DNA of 64,000 nucleotides, taken from the NCBI GenBank assembly GCA_965112735.1, contig OZ218957.1, positions 2,294,001 to 2,358,000 of the forward strand. Reading direction: 5' to 3'. Made by a program: the position numbers and the translations under genes. Below, in pieces: positions 56,628 through 64,000 of this stretch (position 1 is its first letter; the number at the start of each line of letters is the position of its first letter). The notes beneath the pieces are model-generated. The model had not been told where the DNA came from. It worked only from the letters and a program-made list of their open reading frames with translations, and did no database searches. The stretch is from Phaeosaccion multiseriatum (lineage: Eukaryota; Protista; Ochrophyta, other classes).

Positions 56628-58131
56628 TGCGATACCCCCCTCACCCAACTCCCCCTCCCATCCACCCACTCCCTCAGTTTTCAGTTTTCAGTTGATGTGA
56701 CCTAAACCCTGGACACCATACATGGAGTCGATATCGAAGCTTCTCACCCCTTCCCATCCATCCACTGCCATCCATCCACTGCCATCCATCATTAGGAGCG
56801 CTGCTGGCGAAGCTCGCGGAGAAGCGTGTGCTGGAGACGCAATACGCACATGCCATGATTCTCCACCCGAAGCAGGGGGGGGAGGAGAGGGGTAAGGAGA
56901 GGGGGAGGGAGGGGAGGTGGGGGGGGGGATTGTGAGTGGGTGAGTGGGTGAGTGGGTGAGCCTCATTCTGGCCTTGTTGCTTGCTTGCTCGGTCCCGCTC
57001 CCACTCAGGCTTGTGTGACTTGTCCCCCCCCCCCCCTCCCCCCTGCCCCTTCCCGATCGAACACACACACACACATACACACACACGTACACATACTTAC
57101 ACATACACACACTTACACACACGACAACACCAACAACAACACAGACGACGACGATGACGGAGACGACGAAATAGACTACCAACCGTCACACCACCCCCCC
57201 CGGAGCGGTGTGAGACACTTTATCAACCTTGTGAAGGGCTACATCGGGCTGGAAAGGGACTTGCAGGGCCTGAGACAAGAGCTCGACATCGTCAAGGAGC
57301 AGATCAAGGCCTTTGAAGGGACCAAGTTTGAGGTCAAGCGGGCCTACATTACCTTCAATACGGAGGCCGCGCAGCGCAGGTGCGGTAGGACAGAGAGGGG
57401 TGTATGGGGTGGGGGGTGTCAGGACAGACTGACGTTGGGAGGTGTGGACAGAGAGTGTTGGGACAGAGGGTGAGGGGGGTAGGTGGTCACACATCACCCT
57501 AAGGCCACCATACTAAAGTTCAGGAAGGCTTAGTAAAAAGTGTAGGAGGTACGCAGAAAGATGCTTGAAATTCTTGAAATTATGTCAAGCGCCCCACCAC
57601 CTCCCCCCCTCCCCTCGCCTCCCCTCCCCTCCCCCTCCCCTCCCCTTTCCTCTCCTCCCCTCCCCTCCCCTCCCCCTCCCCTTTCCTCTCCTCTGTCCGT
57701 CTTCCACTCCCTGCCTCTTCCACCTTAAGATGTCTGGAGGCGTGTGCCACTGGACGCTTCGATTGTATCCACACCCCCGAGGCGGCGATCTTCCACTCCA
57801 AGCTCATCGTCATGGATGAGGCCTTCGAGCCCAACGCCATTGTTTGGGAGCAGGTCAGTCAGTCAGTCAGTCAGTTAGTCAGTCAAACAGTCAGGCAGGC
57901 AGTCAGTCAGTCAGAGTCAGTCAGTATGTCAGTCAGTCAGTCAGGCAGTCAGTCAGTCGGTCAGTCAGTCAGTCAGTCAGTCAGTCAGTCAGTCAGTCAG
58001 TCAGTCAGTCAGTCGGTCAGTCAGTCAGACAGTCAGTCAGTCGGTCAGTCGGTCAGTCAGTCTGTCAGTCAGTCAGTCAATCAGTCGGTCAGTCAGTCGG
58101 TCAGTCAGTCAGTCGGTCAGTCAGGCAGTCA

Positions 58132-58170
<39 letters not shown>

Positions 58171-61100
58171 TGTCAAGCAGTCGGTCAGTCCCTCAGTCAA
58201 GTCGGAGGGGGCCAGGGAGACTGGGGTCGTGCTTCACGAAGGAAGGAAGGAAGGAAGGAAGGCCCACTCAGTCACTGCCACTCACTCACTCACCCACCCA
58301 CCCACCACCACCCACTACCGATCACTATTCATCCATCCATTCATCCATTCATTCACTCACTCACTCTGTGTGTCTGTGCCACTCCCTCGCTCAGGTGGGA
58401 GGCAGCCGCAAGAGCGTCGTCGTGCTCAAGTATGTCTCCAGCATGATCGCCAGCGCCCTTGTCATGGTGGCTGTCTTCTTCGTACTGGTGAGTCCATAGT
58501 CCATAATGTAGTCATGTATATCAGTGTGTCTGAAGCGGGGCTAAAAGCGGGGCTAAAAGCTGGTTACATATGATTGATTGCTCCGGTGTCCTCATATAGG
58601 CAGAAAGTAATCGATGTACGGGGGGAATGATCGATCGATTACAGTTTCAGAAACGAGGACGACAGGGGAATGATCGAGCGATGACAGTTTCAGAGGGAAC
58701 GGGGAATGATCGATCGATCGATTACAAGTTCTGGGAGCCTTAATAACGTCCTTACGTACACTTGAGGTACTCTCACCCCTCCCCTCTATACACATCAACT
58801 TTACACTTTACACTTTGACCTTGTGGCCCTGCTTGCTTGCCTGAGGTGAGCCTCCCCTCCTTTTCCCTCCCCTCCTTTCCCCTCCCCTCCTTTCCCCTCC
58901 CCTCCTTTTCCCTCCCCTCCTTTCCCCTCCCCTCCTTTCCCCTCCCCTCCTTTCCCCTCCCCTCCTTTCCCCTCCCCTCCTTTTCCCTCCCCTCCTTTCC
59001 CCTCCCCTCCTTTCCCCTCCCCTCCTTTCCCCTCCCCTCCCCTCCCTTCCCTTCATCTCAAGTCCAACAAGTGCTTGTACAGTACCATCCACAAGCAAGC
59101 CTCCCTCCCTTCGTTCCTTCCTTACTTACTCACTTACTTGCTTACCCTATCCTTTCCCTAAACCGTCACCGAACCAACGTTTTTGCATTGCTTGCCCAAA
59201 TTCCTTGCCTTACTAGGTGAGCCTCCCCCCCTCCACCTTCGCGGCGGCCATCTTCCTCTCTCTCCTCTCCAGCGCCCTCCCCCTACTAATGAAGAACATG
59301 ACCCTGAGCTTGGAGCAGCACCAGAGCTACAACTCGCTGCAGTTCTCCATCTTCATCAAGCTTGCCATCTGCCGCATCGTCATGTCCGGCTTGTTGGTGT
59401 ACCTCGCCATCCCGTACGAGGAAACCTTCTCACAGGCAAGGACTCTGGAGGAGGGACGGGGCGAGGGAGGGAAACGGGGAAAGGGGGGGGGGGGGGGGGC
59501 GCTGGGTAAGACACAGGCTACACACAATGCATATACACCATCGGCTGTATGACCAACTGCTCCACCCGCCTGCACTGCACTTACAGGAGTCCCTTGCGAA
59601 TATTATGAGCATCCTCATCGCCGACGCCTTCGTCAACCCCGCCACACGACTATTCAATGTGAGTGTGCTGGTGATACAGAGGGAGGAAGGGAGGGAGGGA
59701 GAAGGGGAGGGGGGGAGGGAAGGAGACGAGAAAGGAAGGAAAGGAAGGGAGGGAGGGAGGGAGGGAGGAAGGAAAGGGGGGAGGGAGGGAGGAAGGAAGG
59801 AAGGAGGGAGAGAGGGAGGGAGGGAGGGAGGGAGGGAGGTGGGCCATTTGATGCTGACCCAGCTCATCTAAGTGCCCCCCCCCCCTCCCCCCTCCCCCCT
59901 CCCCCTCATTAGATGCACGACTGGGTGGTGCGTGTAATCGCGGCCCCGCAGTGCGTGACGCAGCAGGAGATGAACAGCTTCTTCCACGGCACCGAGTGGG
60001 GGCTCTCAGGTTGGTTGGTTAGGGAGGTACTTACGTGGTCCTGAGGTTGGTACTACTTCAGGTTGGAAGCTGGGGTTCACAATTGGCACAGAGCGAAACG
60101 AAGGGTTATTAGAATTGACAGAGGGTGATCACTGAAACTGATACCTCAGGCTGAAACTCAAGTCTCTCTCTCTGTCTCTCTCCTCCTACTTTGTTTGACT
60201 TCCTCTCTGTCCCCTCTTTAGAGCGCTACACTGACATGGTCAAGACTTTGTTCATCGGACTTTTCTTCAGTTTCATCCTCCCCTCCAGCCTATTCGTCAC
60301 CGCCGTGGCAATGCTCACGACGTACTGGGTGGACAAGGTGCGACATAGACCTCGAATATAGAGGTGTTGGATACCGATGTAGAGGTCGATATACGATATA
60401 GAGGTATTGGATACCGATGTAGAGGTCGATATACGATACAGAGGTATTGGATACCGATGTAGAGGTCGATATACGATATAAAGGTATTGGATACCGATAT
60501 AGAGACGTCGATATTAACCGCTTCCCTCCCGTCTCCTGCGTGCACGCACACACACACACACACACACACAAAAGATTTGCCTCTTTCGCATCTGGAGACG
60601 TCCGCCTCACTACGACAGCTCCACCAACTCCAAGGTCAGTAAGTCAATGATTCAGGGGGTGGGTGCGTGCGTCTGTGGGGTGGGTGGGTGGCTGGCTGGC
60701 TGGCTGAGTATTAGTGGGTGGATGGATGGGTGTGTGGATGGGCGGGTGTGATTGGGTGGATGTGAGTGGGTGGGTGCGGTGGGTAGGTCCATGGGTCGAT
60801 AGATGAGAGAGAGAGAGAGAGAGAATGCATGCAAGGCAAAGGACACAGAGGGTCCCTCATCCCCACGCTCCCACCGCCACCGCCTCACTCTCTCTCTCAC
60901 TCTCTCTCCGTCTTCCCCTCCCCCTCCCTCCCCCTCCCTTCCCCTCCCTTCCCCTCCCTTCCCCTCCCTTCCCCTCCCTTCCCCTCCCTTCCCCTCCCTT
61001 CCCCTCCCTTCCCCTCCCTTCCCCTCCCTTCCCCTCCCTCCCCCTCCCTTCCCCTCCCTTCCCCTCCCTTCCCCTCCCTTCCCCTCCCTTCCCCTCCCTT

Positions 61101-61515
61101 CCCCTCCCTCCCCCTCCCTTCCCCTCCCTCCCCCTCCCTTCCCCTCCCTTCCCCTCTCCTAAACCCAACCCGCCCCCTTCCCCCCCCCCCCCCCCTTAAT
61201 AGGCCGTGGTGTTTATCGTCCTCTCCGTTTGGGCGCACGTGCAAATGGCCCGTGTCTTTGCCGCGAATTGGCCCTACCGCTCCAAAGCCGAGAGAGCGCA
61301 TTGCTCCTTCCTTACGTGTCGAGACCCTGCCGGCGTGTGGACCGACACACAGAAGCTCCTGGTGCAGTTCTACTCGGCCATTGGGATCATCTTGCTCGGC
61401 CTGATGCTGGCGTATGCAGTCAAGTGGATGTGGGGCCTTGTCAGGGGCCTCTTTGTGGCGCAAGTGGTACGTACTTGCCCTCCCGTTCCTTCCATCCCCT
61501 GCCTCCCCGGCCCGT

Positions 61516-61567
<52 letters not shown>

Positions 61568-62986
61568 TCCCTCTCCCTCCCTCCCTCCCTCCCTCCCTCC
61601 CTCCCTCCGTCCGTCCGTCCCTCTCCCTTCCTTCCTCCCTCCCTCCCTCCCTCCCTCCCTCCCCCCCCCCCCACCAACCCCCTCCCCCTCCCATCCCCTC
61701 CCATCCCCTCCCTCAGGAGATGCGCGGAGAGCCCGGACACACCCCCTTCCGCTCTCTGGACTACGTTGCTGGTTACATCCCTGTGGTCAAACACGTGGCC
61801 CTTCGCCACCCCTTGCTGGGCATTGACCTCGAGGACCTTCCTGTCAACGCCCACAAGCACTTGCCAGTCAGCATGACCGGGAAGTACTCCTTTGAGGTGA
61901 GGTTTTTGGGGAGGGGGGAGGAGGAGGAGGAGGAGGAGGAGGAGGATGGGGGGTGGAGGGATGGAGGGATCTCGAAATAATTCACTCTCCCTCTCTCTCC
62001 CTCTCTCTCTCGCCCTTTGTATTTCTCTCCCCGCCTCTCTCCCTCTCTCTCTCTGGTGCATTGCAATAGGAGCTGAGCCTTGCCAACGACCCTGACGATC
62101 TCGACTTGCCCAAGGAGGCAAGGAGGAAGCTCTTCAGCAGGTGGGTAGTGAGTGTCAGGACATTGTCTGCTACCACCCCACCAAGGCACCCACCACTAGT
62201 CACCAGTCAATGCCATTGCTGCCGTCCCTAAAGCACACCAACCACACCAACCATACCCTTCCCCCCTTCATCTCTCCCTCTCCCTCTCCCTCTCTTTCCC
62301 TCTCTCTCCCTCTCCCTCTCCCTCTCCCACTCCCTCTCCCACTCTCTTCTCCCTCTCTCCCTCCCTCTCCCTCTCCCTCCCTCTCCCACTCCCTCCGCCT
62401 CTCCGTCTCCTTCTCCCTCTCCTACTCCCTCTCCCTCTCCCTCTCCCTCTCCCTCTCCCTCTCCCACTCCCTCCCCCACTCTCCTCTCACTCTCTTACTA
62501 AGCAGAGTGGCGTACTACCCTGCCCCTGGAGAGGCGTTGATCCCCGGAGACACGGAGGGAGTGGTGCACGCTCTCGCTTCGGAGGACAAGCAAGTTGACG
62601 TCATCGCTCCAAGTGTGGACCACGCGGAGAAGATGAAGCCCTTTCGACACCCAGGGGGGGCAATTATAGGGGGGTTGGTAGGGGTGGTGGATGGGGATCC
62701 ACAGCACGGAGGAGGAGGAGGAGGAGGAGGAGGAGGAGGAGGAGGGGAGGGAGAGAGGGTTGTTCCTCATGCCTCACACGCGTTGGAGACGGGTGATGTG
62801 TTTGACCTGCCCGAATGGTGGGAGGCACGCGCTGTGTGGCGGGAGGGGAGGGAAGTGGTGTACTATATTGACCACCGCACCCGTACCACCACTTGGACAC
62901 GGCCGGTGTCCAACACTATGCGCAGGAGGGGCAGGAGGGACAAGAGGAGACGCGAGCAGGAGACACAGGGGAGGGACGAGGTGTGA
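53108..62986 (+). CDS. OSCA/TMEM63/TMC-superfamily multipass channel-like protein with C-terminal WW domain, many exons
   Basis: FGIGISLYF; SQSDYT; RAYITFNTE; EAFEPNAIVWE; LSERYTDMVKTLFIGLFFSFILP; YWVDK|ICLFRIWRRPP. Terminal LPEWWE...YYIDHRTRTTTWTRP. Not all exon boundaries resolved. Confidence 0.75.
54362..55115. repeat. 11-bp tandem repeat (CTCTACCACCT)n, intronic
   Basis: About 750 bp of tandem units. Explains the spurious SLPPLYHLSTT ORF. Confidence 0.95.
60357..60512. repeat. Intronic 40-bp minisatellite, ~4 copies
   Basis: Unit TATAGAGGTATTGGATACCGATGTAGAGGTCGATATACGA. Confidence 0.85.
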
Positions 62987-63962
62987 GGGTGGGGAGGGGG
63001 TTGGGGGGTGAGGGCGGTTTAGGTTTTAGATTACGGCTCGACGCGGTGAGAGGAGAGCATGCATGTGGGTGTGTGTGTGTGGGTGTGTGGGTACTGGTGG
63101 GTACTTTCCTTCTCTCTTTTGTAGTATACTCTTTGCTTTTTCTTCAATAGCTGCTACATGTAGTTGCTGCTGCACTCCCGCAGCCTATCGGCACCCTTTG
63201 GGCCCTTTGGGGGGAGAGGAGGTATGGGAGAAGCAGGGAGGGACCCACATTGGGGGCAAATATAGAATATAGCAGTAGTGGCCTTGGAGTGGGAGAGAAA
63301 AGGAGAGAATATAGAAATATCGTGGCCCCCCTCCCCCTCTTTGTGTGTGGGAGAGCGTAGTGAAGTGCATCTTGGGAGATGGCGCTAGGGAGAGGAAGGC
63401 AGAGCACAGCCCCAGCAGGTGGATGGACGTTTATTCGACAGCTTCCTATTTTAATTTTTTATATATATATATATGAAGGAACTAAAGAATAGAGAGAGAG
63501 AGAGAGAGAGAGCTCATTTATGCCACGGGTGGCGAACAAAGCCTTGTGTTCATTGTATTTAAAAAAAAAATTAAGAAACTGTGGCGGCCCCGCTACGGAG
63601 GCCTTCTATCGTCCTGCTTGCGGCGGCTGGATGCCATTGCCATTGTGTGATGTGACCACCTTTCCCTTCCCTCGATTGCATTGACTGTCCTCCCTCCCGT
63701 CCTGCTCCTGCTCCAAGCCACAGCCCATCCCTGGTCCTCTATGTGATTCCCCTGGCTCGCAGTTGTTTGCTCTTCGCGCCAAGGCCCTCCAAGCCTTTCC
63801 TCCTGGCTCCAAACTTCCCCTCCTTTATAAGCTCCTTACTGCTCCCACTCGCCCCACAGCGCCCTTTGAGTTGCCCTTGTGAAGTCTCCTCCCATTCGGG
63901 ATTCCATCTACAGATAGATGCCTCTGCCAAGTAACCAGTTCCCATCATCATCGTCGTCGTCA

Positions 63963-64000
63963 TCAACTTCCGATCTTCAGCACCTCGATCTCGAACCGAA
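63963..64000 (-). CDS. Possible C-terminus of an FKBP-type PPIase entering from the right edge
   Basis: Reads RFEIEVLKIGS-stop, resembling the FKBP terminal strand. Only 11 codons are visible. Confidence 0.4.
   Translation of the reverse strand, partial: RFEIEVLKIGS

Overview
Eukaryotic, intron-rich DNA with microsatellite-filled GT-AG introns. It is most likely from a photosynthetic stramenopile (ochrophyte), because one gene has a bipartite signal plus transit presequence; this taxonomic call is inference. Spliced genes reconstructed by eye: GFA/CENP-V, DnaJ with X-domain, NO66/MINA-type JmjC, a PH-domain protein, an ankyrin/coiled-coil/CaaX protein, a carboxylesterase, an ODC-type mitochondrial carrier, a 4-TM protein, a SWEET, a thioredoxin-like [2Fe-2S]-TPR protein, a DHRS12-like SDR, an FNIP-repeat protein and an OSCA/TMC-like channel with a WW domain. 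The standout is an intronless family of F-box-like plus atypical 'CPW' ankyrin-like repeat genes: 5 intact copies and 2 pseudogenes. Four copies form a head-to-head type A/type B pair present twice as a ~3.3 kb inverted repeat, and a fifth travels with captured neighbouring DNA. Paralogues vary mainly at predicted binding-surface positions, and one pseudogene is a 100-bp fold-back hairpin that could make small RNAs against the family. Most short ORFs in the track are artefacts of simple repeats.
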